A stretch of 64,000 bases of DNA from an uncultured Actinomycetota bacterium. GTDB lineage: Bacteria; Actinomycetota; Actinomycetes; JAHEKZ01. Below, one piece after another: positions 52,948-62,087 of this stretch (its first letter is position 1; the number at the start of each line of letters is the position of its first letter). Both the position numbers and the translations under genes were made by a program. Under the pieces are notes generated by a model. It saw nothing but the letters and a program-made list of their open reading frames with translations, made no database searches and had not been told where the DNA came from. Where the stretch lies: the NCBI GenBank assembly GCA_963718235.1, contig CAVQYR010000001.1, positions 512,001-576,000 on the forward strand, read 5' to 3'.

Positions 52948-54380
52948 CCGCCCGGATCCTCTCCGACGCCGAGTACGCGGCCGCGACCGACGCGCTGGTC
53001 GAGCTGGCCGGGCTCGTCTTCGACGACAGCCGCCGGGCCACGCTCAGCGCGATCGTCTTCGACCGGCTGCACACCGCCGGCTTCGCTGACGTCGCTCACT
53101 ACCTGGCGTACGTCCGCTCCACCGCGGGGGCGGCCGAGAAGCAGGTCCTGCTGGACGCCGTGACGATCCAGGAGACCCACTTCTTCCGCAACCTGCCGCA
53201 GATGGAGGCGCTGCGCCGCCAGATCCTGCCGGACCTGGTGAACCACGCGGCGAGTGCCCGTCGTCCGCTGACCATCTGGTCCGCCGGGTGCTCCACCGGT
53301 GAGGAGCCGTTCACCTTGGCCATGCTCGCCCTGGAGGCGGTCGCGTCCCGGCCGCAGGTTCCGGTGCGCATTCTCGGCTCGGACGTCTCGGCCTCGGCGT
53401 TGGCGGTCGCCAGCCAGGCCATCTACTCCGGACGCACGATCTCGCTGGCCGAACCGGGTGCCGTGGAGCGCTGGTTCGACCCGATGGGCGAAGGCGCCCT
53501 CCGGGTCAAGCGCGAGGTCCGCGACCTGGTGGAGTTCCGACTGCACAACCTCGTGACCGAACCTCCTCCGTTCTCGATGAACGAGATCGACCTGCTCGTG
53601 TGTCGCAACGTCACCATCTACTTCGCTCGCGAGACGACTCGACAGCTCGTGCACCGGTTCCACGGCGCCATGCGCGAAGGTGGCTACCTGGTGCTCGGCC
53701 ACGCCGAGACGCTGTGGCAGGTCTCCGACGCCTTCTCCCTCGTGCCCGTCGGCGAGGCGTTCGCGTACCGCCGGGAGTCGCGCCCCGTGCCGCGCGGGCG
53801 CACCGGCGTCCCGAACCCGCCCACGGCGCAGCGGGTCGAGCCGCGCCGGATTGGTCGCGGTCGGCTGAAGTCGCCCGTCCGGGTCGTGCGGCCGAAGGCG
53901 GCCGCGGTGCCGCCCGGGGGCACAGCGAGTGGCCTTCCGGCCGCGCGCGAGCTGTTGGCCGCCGGGCGCTACCCGGAGGCAGCGGCGCTCGCCGCGGCCG
54001 AGGTGGTCCACGACCCGTTGTCGGTGGAGGCGTACGTCATCCAGGGGCGCGCGTTGTCCAACACCGGTGACGACCTCGCGGCGCTGGACATGCTCCGCAA
54101 GGCGGTGTTCCTGGACCCCTCGGCCGGGCACGCGCACTTCCTGCTCGCGTCGACGCTGTCGAGGCTGGGCGACTCCGGGGCTGCGGCGCTGTCGTTCGCG
54201 GCAGCGGCCGAGACCCTGCCGATGGCGACGCCCCAGGCGCTGGCCGACCTGCTCGATGGTCGTGCGGTGTCGGATTTGGTAGACCTGTGCCGACAGCTGG
54301 CGGCGGCCTCCCGGCCCTCGTCGGACGAGTCGCCGACGACGTCTGGTGCGGCGACCCCAGCGGGACGGAGACGACGGTGA
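52944..54380 (+). CDS. cheR: Chemotaxis methyltransferase CheR with C-terminal TPR domain
   Basis: ETHFFRN, WSAGCSTGEEP, CRNVTIYF, LVLGHAE, followed by TPR-like LRKAVFLDPSAGHAHFLLA. Confidence 0.9.
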   Translation: MTARILSDAEYAAATDALVELAGLVFDDSRRATLSAIVFDRLHTAGFADVAHYLAYVRSTAGAAEKQVLLDAVTIQETHFFRNLPQMEALRRQILPDLVNHAASARRPLTIWSAGCSTGEEPFTLAMLALEAVASRPQVPVRILGSDVSASALAVASQAIYSGRTISLAEPGAVERWFDPMGEGALRVKREVRDLVEFRLHNLVTEPPPFSMNEIDLLVCRNVTIYFARETTRQLVHRFHGAMREGGYLVLGHAETLWQVSDAFSLVPVGEAFAYRRESRPVPRGRTGVPNPPTAQRVEPRRIGRGRLKSPVRVVRPKAAAVPPGGTASGLPAARELLAAGRYPEAAALAAAEVVHDPLSVEAYVIQGRALSNTGDDLAALDMLRKAVFLDPSAGHAHFLLASTLSRLGDSGAAALSFAAAAETLPMATPQALADLLDGRAVSDLVDLCRQLAAASRPSSDESPTTSGAATPAGRRRR

Positions 54381-54787
54381 GCGGCTTCATCACGTTCACG
54401 ATGAACGAGCGTGAGCTGGCCTGCCGGCTCGACGAGGTGCGCGAGGTGGTTCGGGCCGTGGGGATCGACTCCCTGCCCGGCACGCGAGCTCCCGTGAGCG
54501 GGGTCCTCGAGCTGCGCGGTGACCCCCTCCCGGTGGTCGACCTGCGCTCCAACGCCTACCCGGGTGAGACCGGCGACGTCCTGGTGCTGAACCCGGCGGT
54601 CAGCGGCTCGTACTGCGTGGCCGTCGACCAGGTGCTCGCCGTGCTCAGCGACGACGAGCTCGTGCCTGACCCGGCCGAACGGCCGGCCGGGCTGCCGCCG
54701 TACGTCATCGAGGTGCTGCGCGACCCCAAGGACCAGTCGCCGGTCCTGCTCGTCAACGTGCGTGTCCTCGCCGGCCTGGAGCTGTGA
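54377..54787 (+). CDS. cheW: CheW-domain protein
   Basis: VREVV, LPG, GVLELRGDPLPVVDL, VAVDQV; GTGA coupling to cheR. Confidence 0.85.
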   Translation: MSGFITFTMNERELACRLDEVREVVRAVGIDSLPGTRAPVSGVLELRGDPLPVVDLRSNAYPGETGDVLVLNPAVSGSYCVAVDQVLAVLSDDELVPDPAERPAGLPPYVIEVLRDPKDQSPVLLVNVRVLAGLEL

Positions 54788-55406
54788 GGAGCTCGAGCTC
54801 GAGCCCGAGCTCGAGCGCGGCTGCCCCACGCAGCTGGGCCAGCACAGCGGCCCTGGTCACACCGCTGTGGTGCAGCACGAGACGCAGGCACAGCCCGTCG
54901 ATCAGTGCGGTGAGCCTGGCTGCCGCCGTCGTCGGGTCGGCGCAGATGAACGCGCCTTCGTCGACGCCGCGGACGATGAGCTCGCGCAGGGTCGTCGACC
55001 AGGTGGCGTCGAGGTCCTCGTGCACCCGACGGACGGCCTCGTTGCGCAGACCGGCCGACCAGGCGTCGACCCACAGCACCCAGCCGTCGCGTGAGCCGCT
55101 GGAGGGGATCGCCGCTCGCAGCAGCCGGTCGAGCTGTTCCTGCGGATCGCCGGGGGCCGACACGGCCCGGCGCAGCCGCCGGGTGTCGGCATCGGCGAGG
55201 TGGTGCATCGTGGCCGTGACCAGAGAGTCCTTGGTCGGGAAGTAGTAGTGCACCAGGCCATGGCTGATCCCGACCCGGTCAGCGATGTCGGTGACCCGGG
55301 TCTCGGTGAGCCCACGCTCGACGACGACCTCGGCCGCGGCGTCCAGGATGGCGCTGCGCCGCTGGTCGGGAGCCACTCGTCGACGCCGCTGGTTGGTCGT
55401 TGACAC
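54753..55406 (-). CDS. TetR-family transcriptional regulator (BetI-like C-terminus)
   Basis: ILDAAAEVVVERG...DIADRVGISHGLVHYYFPTKD; LTALIDGL. Confidence 0.9.
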   Translation of the reverse strand: MSTTNQRRRRVAPDQRRSAILDAAAEVVVERGLTETRVTDIADRVGISHGLVHYYFPTKDSLVTATMHHLADADTRRLRRAVSAPGDPQEQLDRLLRAAIPSSGSRDGWVLWVDAWSAGLRNEAVRRVHEDLDATWSTTLRELIVRGVDEGAFICADPTTAAARLTALIDGLCLRLVLHHSGVTRAAVLAQLRGAAALELGLELELLTAPGRRGHAR

Positions 55407-55423
55407 CGGCCTACCGTACCCTC

Positions 55424-55443
55424 TTGACTGACTCGCCAGTCAA
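55424..55443. promoter_or_regulatory. Palindromic TetR operator candidate
   Basis: TTGACTG-actcgc-CAGTCAA, perfect 7-bp arms, in the divergent promoter region. Confidence 0.7.
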
Positions 55444-55455
55444 TAACGTGGAGCG

Positions 55456-56625
55456 ATGATGCCTTCCGACCTGCCCGTAGAGCTCGTGGCGCTGTCCGAC
55501 GAGCAGCGTGCCGTACGCGACCTGTGTCGAGACTTCGCCCTGGAGGTCATCCGCCCGGTGGCCCGGGAGGTCGACGAGGCCGACGTCGAGGTCCCGCTGG
55601 CCGTGTGGGAGAAGGCCGCCGAGGTCGGCATCACCTCGTTCATGCTGCCCGAGGAGTACGGCGGGGGCGGGGTGACCGACGTCTTCACCCAGTGCATCGC
55701 CCAGGAGCAGCTCACCTATGGCGACATCGCGATCGGCAACCTGGTCACGTCCAACGGGTTCTACGCCGACCCGATCCTGGAGATCGGCACCGACGAGCAG
55801 AAGCAGCGGTTCCTCAGTCCGCTGTGCGATCCGCTGCCGCCGTTCACCGCGCTGGCGACCACCGAGCCGGAGTTCGGTTCCGACGCCGGCGGCATCCAGA
55901 CGCGGGCTGTCCGGGACGGGGACGGCTATCGGATCACCGGGCGCAAGACTTGGATCTCCAACGGAGGGCTCGCCAGCAGCTACGTCGTGTTCGCGACGGT
56001 CGACAGCAGCCTGCGGTCGCGGGGGATCACGGCGTTCGTCGTCGATGCCGAGTCGCCCGGTCTCAGCACGGGTGAGCCGTTCCGCAAGATGGGTCAGCGA
56101 GCCATCCGCAACACCGAGCTCGTGCTCGACGACGTCGTCGTGCCGGTGGAGAACCGGCTCGGGGACGAGGGCCAGGGGTTCTCCGGGCTGATGCGCACCT
56201 TCGACATCTCCCGGGTGATCCTGGGCGCGGCGACCACGGGGCTGGCCCAGGCCGCACTGGACACCGCGGTCGAGTACGCCACGCAGCGCGAGCAGTTCGG
56301 GAAGCCGATCATCGAGCACCAGGCGGTCGGGTTCCGGCTGGCCGACGTGGCCACGAGGGTCGAGGCCAGCCGGCTGCTGACCTGGCGGGCGGCCAAGCGG
56401 CTGGATGCCGGGCTCGACGCGACCAAGGAGGCCGCGATGGCCAAGCTCTTCGGTTCGGAGACGGCGATGTTCGCCACCTGGGCCGCGGTGCAGACGTTGG
56501 GCGGCTGGGGCTACAGCCGGGAGTTCCTGGTCGAGAAGTGGATGCGGGACGCCAAGCTCGAGGAGATCGAAGAGGGGACGTCGGACATCCAGCGGCTCAT
56601 CATCAGCCGGCGCCTGGCCGGATGA
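55456..56625 (+). CDS. Acyl-CoA dehydrogenase
   Basis: TEPEFGSDA, GRKTWISNG, REQFGK, LGGWGY, EEGTSDIQ. Confidence 0.93.
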   Translation: MMPSDLPVELVALSDEQRAVRDLCRDFALEVIRPVAREVDEADVEVPLAVWEKAAEVGITSFMLPEEYGGGGVTDVFTQCIAQEQLTYGDIAIGNLVTSNGFYADPILEIGTDEQKQRFLSPLCDPLPPFTALATTEPEFGSDAGGIQTRAVRDGDGYRITGRKTWISNGGLASSYVVFATVDSSLRSRGITAFVVDAESPGLSTGEPFRKMGQRAIRNTELVLDDVVVPVENRLGDEGQGFSGLMRTFDISRVILGAATTGLAQAALDTAVEYATQREQFGKPIIEHQAVGFRLADVATRVEASRLLTWRAAKRLDAGLDATKEAAMAKLFGSETAMFATWAAVQTLGGWGYSREFLVEKWMRDAKLEEIEEGTSDIQRLIISRRLAG

Positions 56626-56634
56626 GTGAGCCCG

Positions 56635-58704
56635 ATGAGTGAGCCCGTGAGTGAGCCCGGCTCGCGACCCGCGGTCGAGGCGCTGTTCGCCCCGAACAGC
56701 CTCGCCGTCGTCGGCGCCTCCGGCGACCCGTCGAAGTGGGGCTACTGGCTCGCGCGGGGCGCGCTCGAAGGACGCGGACGGCGCACGGTGCACCTGGTGA
56801 ACCGCAAGGCCGAGGCGGTGCTCGGGGAGCCCACGGTCGCCGCGCTGAGCGACCTGGACGTGGTGCCAGAACTGGTCGTGGTCGCCGTCCCGGCGGGGGG
56901 CTACGAGGCGGTCGTCGACGAAGCGCTGGCCGCAGGGGCCAGGGCCCTGGTCGGAGTCACCGCCGGAGTCGACCCGGATCGAAGCCGCGCGATCGGACGC
57001 CGGGTGCGCGAGGCCGGCGCCGTCCTGCTGGGACCCAACTGCATGGGCGTCGCAGACACCCATGCCCAGCTGCGACTCGTGTGGGGTGACCTGCCGTCCG
57101 GGTCGATCGCGCTGCTGAGCCAGAGTGGGAACCTGGCGATCGAGCTCGGCAAGCTGGCCGCCCACGAAGGGCTCGGGTTCTCCCGCTTCGCCTCCCTGGG
57201 CAACGAGCACGATCTCACCGCAGCCGACCTGCTCGAGACCGTGGCGGCAGACCCCCAGACCAAGGTGGTGGCGCTGTACCTGGAGGACTTCACCCGGGTC
57301 CGTGGCCTGGCCGAGGCGGCTCACCGGTGCGTCGAGTCGGGCACCCCGGTCGCCCTGCTGGCGGCCGGTCGCTCGGAGGTCGCCCGACGCGCGGCCGCCA
57401 GCCACACCGGCGCGCTGGCCGGCTCCCGGGCAGCGATCGAGGCGGCCTGCCGCGCCTCGGGCATCGCCCTGGTCGACACGCCCGCCGAGCTGATCGACGT
57501 GGCCCACGCGCTGACCGCGCGGGGCCGGCTCCAGGGCCGCACCGTCGGAGTCGTCGGCGACGGAGGCGGGCACGGTGTGGTCGCTGCCGACCTGGCCTCG
57601 ACCGCGGGCTTCACCCTGCCCGTGTTCACCGACGACGTGCAGCGGGAGGTGCTGGCCACCCTTCCGCCGATGGCCACCGCCGCGAACCCGGTCGACCTCG
57701 CCGGGGGTGGCGAGCAGGACCACATGAACTACGCGCGCACGGTAGGCGTCGTCCTGGCCTCCGGGGCGGTCGACGCGGCGGTCCTCACGGGGTACTTCGG
57801 CGCGTACGGCACCGACGAGCCGCGGCTGGCCGGGCGCGAGGTGGAGGTGGCCCTGGCGCTAGCCGATGCGGTGGCCGACACCGGCCGCCCGGCCCTGGTC
57901 CACTCGGTGGCGCCGGACAGCCCGACGTCGTCGGTGCTGCGCGACTCGGGGGTGCCGGTGCTGCGACGGATCGAGGGTGCCGTGGCCGGGCTGGGCGGGC
58001 TCGCGGCGGTCGCCGAGCGAACCGGGGTGCCACCCGTGCCCGCCCCCGACGACGTCGTGCCGTCCGGCGACGCGTACGTCGTGGCCCGGGCCCTGTGTGT
58101 GGAGGCCGGAGTGGCCTTCCCGCGGGCGGAGTTCGTGCCCGACGTCGACGAGGCGGTTGCGGCCGCCGAACGGATCGGGTTCCCCGTGGTGCTCAAAGCG
58201 CTCGGCCTGGCCCACAAGTCCGACGTGGGCGGGGTGAAGCTCGGGCTGACCGACGCGTCCTCCGTGCGCGACGCGTACACCGACGTGGTGACCCGGCTGG
58301 GGCAGCGGCCGGTCGTCGTCGAGGCGATGGCCTCGGCTCGCGGCGTCGAGCTCATCGTCGGTGCCCGGCACGACCTGGGGGCAGGTCCGATCGTGCTGGT
58401 GGGTCTGGGCGGGGTCCAGGCCGAGGTGAGTGGCGACGTCGTGGTCGGGCTCGGGCCGGTCGACCGGGCCGGGGCGTTGGCCATGCTGACCCGACTGCGT
58501 GGACTGCCTCTGCTCACCGGGTTTCGCGGCTCGGCGCCGGTCGACCTCGATGCAGTGGCTGACGTCGTGGCCGCGGTGTCCTCGGTTCTCGCCCGACACC
58601 CGGAGATCGACGCGCTCGAGCTGAACCCGGTGCTGGCCAGTGCCGAGGGTGCCGTCGCGCTGGACGCCCACCTCGAGTGGGCGACCGAGCACGGGGCTCC
58701 GTGA
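56635..58704 (+). CDS. Acetate-CoA ligase (ADP-forming) family acyl-CoA synthetase, fused
   Basis: VVGAS, LGPNCMG, SQSG, SLGN, SHTGALAG, NPVDL, HKSDVGGV, ELNP. Confidence 0.9.
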   Translation: MSEPVSEPGSRPAVEALFAPNSLAVVGASGDPSKWGYWLARGALEGRGRRTVHLVNRKAEAVLGEPTVAALSDLDVVPELVVVAVPAGGYEAVVDEALAAGARALVGVTAGVDPDRSRAIGRRVREAGAVLLGPNCMGVADTHAQLRLVWGDLPSGSIALLSQSGNLAIELGKLAAHEGLGFSRFASLGNEHDLTAADLLETVAADPQTKVVALYLEDFTRVRGLAEAAHRCVESGTPVALLAAGRSEVARRAAASHTGALAGSRAAIEAACRASGIALVDTPAELIDVAHALTARGRLQGRTVGVVGDGGGHGVVAADLASTAGFTLPVFTDDVQREVLATLPPMATAANPVDLAGGGEQDHMNYARTVGVVLASGAVDAAVLTGYFGAYGTDEPRLAGREVEVALALADAVADTGRPALVHSVAPDSPTSSVLRDSGVPVLRRIEGAVAGLGGLAAVAERTGVPPVPAPDDVVPSGDAYVVARALCVEAGVAFPRAEFVPDVDEAVAAAERIGFPVVLKALGLAHKSDVGGVKLGLTDASSVRDAYTDVVTRLGQRPVVVEAMASARGVELIVGARHDLGAGPIVLVGLGGVQAEVSGDVVVGLGPVDRAGALAMLTRLRGLPLLTGFRGSAPVDLDAVADVVAAVSSVLARHPEIDALELNPVLASAEGAVALDAHLEWATEHGAP

Positions 58705-59513
58705 TGGGCGCTCGTTTCGTCGGCCGGACCGCGCTCGTGACCGGAGGAGGCACGGGCATCGGACGCGCCGTCGCCGAGCGACTCGCGCTCGAAGGTGCCC
58801 GGGTCGTCGTCGCGAGCCGCAACCGCGAGCACCTCGATCCCACGGTCGACGCGCTGCGCGCGCTCGGTGCCGACGCTGACTCGGTGGCACTGGACGTCCG
58901 CGACGCGGCTGCCGTCGCCGACGCCTTCGACCGGGTCGAGCGACACTTCGGTGGGGTCGACCTGCTGGTCAACAACGCGGCGGGGAACTTCGTCGTCCCG
59001 AGCGAGGACCTGTCGCCGAACGGATGGCGTTCGGTGCTCGACATCGTCGCCACCGGGAGCTTCCAGTGCACCCGGGAGTTCGGACGGCGACGGATCGCTG
59101 CGCAGCGGCCCGGCGCGGTGCTCAGCGTCATCGCGACCTATGCGTGGACGGGCCACCCCGGCGTGGTGCACAGCGCCGCGGCCAAGGCCGCTGTCTTGTC
59201 GATGACCCGGACCCTTGCCGTGGAGTGGGCCCGCTTCGGCCTGCGGCTCAACTGCGTGGCTCCCGGCCCGACCGAGACCGAAGGAGCCGGTCGCGCGTTG
59301 TGGGCCGACGAGGCAACCCGCGAGCGGATCCTGGCGAGTGTCCCGGCGGCGCGGTTCGCCACACCCGAGGAGATCGCGGCCGCGGCCGCCTTCCTGCTGA
59401 GTGACGACGCCGCCTACGTCACAGGCGAGGTGCTGGTCGTCGACGGTGGCCAGTCGCTCGGCGAGCAGGTGTACGGAGACGACGTGACCCACGCGACCGG
59501 GGTGTCGTCGTGA
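58704..59513 (+). CDS. SDR oxidoreductase, 2,4-dienoyl-CoA reductase-like
   Basis: TGGGTGIG, NNAAGNF, HSAAAKA, LAVEW, VAPGP. Confidence 0.88.
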   Translation: MGARFVGRTALVTGGGTGIGRAVAERLALEGARVVVASRNREHLDPTVDALRALGADADSVALDVRDAAAVADAFDRVERHFGGVDLLVNNAAGNFVVPSEDLSPNGWRSVLDIVATGSFQCTREFGRRRIAAQRPGAVLSVIATYAWTGHPGVVHSAAAKAAVLSMTRTLAVEWARFGLRLNCVAPGPTETEGAGRALWADEATRERILASVPAARFATPEEIAAAAAFLLSDDAAYVTGEVLVVDGGQSLGEQVYGDDVTHATGVSS

Positions 59514-60253
59514 CCGAAGCCACTGCGGCACCGGAGTCGTTGCTCGTTCGGCGTGACGGAGACGTCGTCGTGCTGACGTTCAACCGGCCCGAGCGCCGTA
59601 ACGCACTGGACCGCACGATGTTCGGCGCGCTGAGCGACCAGCTGCGGGCTGCCGACCGGGACCAGACAGTCGGTGCCATCGTGCTGAGCGGGGCACCACC
59701 GGCGTTCTGCGCAGGGGCGGACCTGGACGAGCTGAAGACGCTCAGTGACGACGATCCGCGCGCCCTCGGCCCGGTGTTCGAGGAGCTGCTCGACACACTG
59801 GCCACGATTTCGGTGCCTCTGGTCGCGGCTGTCGATGGCGCCGCTGTGGGCCTCGGCGCCACGCTCCTGCTGCACTGCGATGTCGTTGTCGCAGGTGACT
59901 CGGCCCGCCTCCGGTTTCCGTTCGTCGCCCTGGGGGTCACGGTCGAGGCGGGGGCCGGCGCGCTGCTTCCGTCGCTCGTGGGTGCCCAGCAAGCCGCTCG
60001 TCTCCTGCTGACCGCCTGCTGGGTCGATGCCGACGAGGGGCGCGAGCTGGGGCTGGTCACCCTGAGAGCGCCGGCTGCCCTCCCGGCGGCGGTCGAGCTC
60101 GCACAGTCCGTCGCGGCGCAGCCGCGCGAGGCGGTCCGCACGACTCGGCAGCTGCTGGCCGCGCTGCGGCGGCCGTCGGTCGAAGCGGCTCGGGTCGAGG
60201 AGCGCGAGGCGTGGTCCCGGCTGCAGAACCGTCGTCCGCACGATCCGCGGTAG
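59510..60253 (+). CDS. Enoyl-CoA hydratase/isomerase
   Basis: NRPERRNAL, FCAGADL, AVDGAAVGLG, PFVALG. Confidence 0.9.
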   Translation: MTEATAAPESLLVRRDGDVVVLTFNRPERRNALDRTMFGALSDQLRAADRDQTVGAIVLSGAPPAFCAGADLDELKTLSDDDPRALGPVFEELLDTLATISVPLVAAVDGAAVGLGATLLLHCDVVVAGDSARLRFPFVALGVTVEAGAGALLPSLVGAQQAARLLLTACWVDADEGRELGLVTLRAPAALPAAVELAQSVAAQPREAVRTTRQLLAALRRPSVEAARVEEREAWSRLQNRRPHDPR

Positions 60254-60279
60254 GAGCCACCCCGCCTAGGCTGGAGCCC

Positions 60280-60825
60280 GTGCAGCGCGTTCTCGTCGGA
60301 GGGATCTCCGGCTGCGGGAAGACCACGTTGGCCCGAGAGCTGGCGCGGCGCACCGGGCTGCCGTACCACGAGATGGATGCGTACTACCACGGTCCAGGGT
60401 GGGTGCCGATCCCGTCGTTCGTGTCCGACATCGCTGCGATCGTCGAGCAACCCGCGTGGGTGTTCGACTCGCACGGCTACGCCCAGGTCAGGGAGCTCGT
60501 CTGGTCCAGGGCCGACACCGTCGTGTGGCTGGACTACTCCCGGTCGGTGGTGGTCCGGCGGGTCGTACGACGGTCGGCGAGGCGCGCGCTCACCGGCGAG
60601 CCGACCTTCAACGGCAACACGGAGACACTTCGAGCGTGGCTCGACCCGGAGCACCCAGTGCAGTGGGCGGTTCGCAACTACCGCCGTCGGCGCGAGGTGA
60701 TGTGGCAGGGCTTCACCGAACCGCGGTTCGACCACGTCCGTCGGGTGCGGATCACCCGACCCGAGGCCGCCCAGATCTGGCTGGACCACGTCGCACCACC
60801 AGTGGGCGTGCCCTCGCGGCCGTAG
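60280..60825 (+). CDS. Adenylate-kinase-like P-loop protein (FlaR/topology modulation family)
   Basis: GISGCGKTT, HGPGW, RADTVVWLD, NGNTE. Confidence 0.8.
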   Translation: MQRVLVGGISGCGKTTLARELARRTGLPYHEMDAYYHGPGWVPIPSFVSDIAAIVEQPAWVFDSHGYAQVRELVWSRADTVVWLDYSRSVVVRRVVRRSARRALTGEPTFNGNTETLRAWLDPEHPVQWAVRNYRRRREVMWQGFTEPRFDHVRRVRITRPEAAQIWLDHVAPPVGVPSRP

Positions 60826-60867
60826 CGCAGAACCCAGTAGGTGCTCTGTGCGCTGCCTCTCGGCCGC

Positions 60868-62025
60868 TCACTCCTGCAGTGCCGTGGCGACGGCCAGCTG
60901 GCCGGCCCACAGGTGGTCGAACATGCGATCCCCGAGCCAGTCCGGGAAGCTGCAGAACCCCACAATGACCGAGTTCGACGGGTGGTGGATCGTCATGACC
61001 TGGCCGTTGGCGCCCGAGGCCGAGTAGACACCGTTGACCGGGTCGCTGATCCACCACTTGTCGTGGTAGCACGCATCCGGGAACTCAGGATCGAGCGCGT
61101 GCGTGGCGGCATAGGCGTCGATGAGCTGCTGGTCGCGTGCACGCAGTCGCTCGAGCCACCTCGCGGGCACGACCTCCTGGCCCATGGCCCGGCCCCCCTC
61201 GAGGAGCATGAGACCCAACCGCCCCCAGTCCCTCAGCGTGGCGCTCATGGAACCGTTGGTGGCCTGGAAGCCGAACCGGTCGACGACGATGTCGGCGTCG
61301 TGCTCGGCCCCGATCCTGGACCAGACCTCGTCCGCGAAGAGCTCGGAGAACCGGCCGCCGCCCACGCGCTGCACGACCCAACCGAGCACCGACGTCTGGA
61401 GTGAGCAGTAGCGGAAGGGCCCGGTGCCGTGCGGGTGGGAGTTCTCCGCCGACCGGATCCAGGCCTCGGTTCCGATCGGGATGCCGCCGCGCTGGTGCGG
61501 CCGCCAGTCGGCGATGTCCATGTCGAGGTACTCATCGACCTCGTAGTCCCACTTCGTCCCCGCTCTCATGTCGAGCAGGTGCTGCACCCGACAGCCCTCC
61601 CACGCGGTACCGGCGAGCTCGGGGAGGTGGTCGGTGACGAGGTCGTCGGTGGACAGCAGGCCGCGTGCGACGTAGATGCCACAGAGCAGTCCGGTGTGGG
61701 ACTTCGCAGCCGACATCAGCAGGTGTGCGTCATGGCGGCTCGCACCCTCGACGTACCACTCGAACGCGATGGCCCCGTCGTGGATCACGAGGAACGCGTC
61801 GGCGTCGATCGCCTCGAAGTAGCGCTGCAGATCGTTCGTCCGACCCTCGAACTCGTAGGTCACCTCGGCGAGCTCGGGTCGGGGTGTCTCGGGAAGGTCG
61901 CGGACGGGACCGGGTCCGCACCGGATGGTCGCCGTCCGGGTCATCTCGCGCACGTGCCAGAACGCCCATCGGTTGTGGGGCGGGTCGAGCCAGTTCTCCG
62001 GAGTCGTGTCGCCACGCCTGAGCAC
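60868..62025 (-). CDS. Serine hydrolase, 6-aminohexanoate-dimer hydrolase (NylB)-like
   Basis: ENWLDPPHNRWAF, HLLMSAAKS, LLDMRAG, FRYCS, GANGQ; AAGGGGAGGA RBS. Confidence 0.82.
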   Translation of the reverse strand: MLRRGDTTPENWLDPPHNRWAFWHVREMTRTATIRCGPGPVRDLPETPRPELAEVTYEFEGRTNDLQRYFEAIDADAFLVIHDGAIAFEWYVEGASRHDAHLLMSAAKSHTGLLCGIYVARGLLSTDDLVTDHLPELAGTAWEGCRVQHLLDMRAGTKWDYEVDEYLDMDIADWRPHQRGGIPIGTEAWIRSAENSHPHGTGPFRYCSLQTSVLGWVVQRVGGGRFSELFADEVWSRIGAEHDADIVVDRFGFQATNGSMSATLRDWGRLGLMLLEGGRAMGQEVVPARWLERLRARDQQLIDAYAATHALDPEFPDACYHDKWWISDPVNGVYSASGANGQVMTIHHPSNSVIVGFCSFPDWLGDRMFDHLWAGQLAVATALQE

Positions 62026-62087
62026 GGTCGTCCTCCCCTTCAGCGGCGCCAGGACACGGTAGCGGCCGGCGGCCGCCAGCCGGGCGG

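Noticed and set aside
55781-55795. AGATCGGCACCGAC match to the cassette motif
   Set aside because: It lies inside the acyl-CoA dehydrogenase coding sequence (E-I-G-T-D codons) and is most likely a chance match.
56621-56659. Triple (A)TGAGTGAGCCCG repeat at the ACAD/ligase junction
   Set aside because: A local slippage duplication of the start region; the ligase frame is intact from 56635 and there is no evidence of function.
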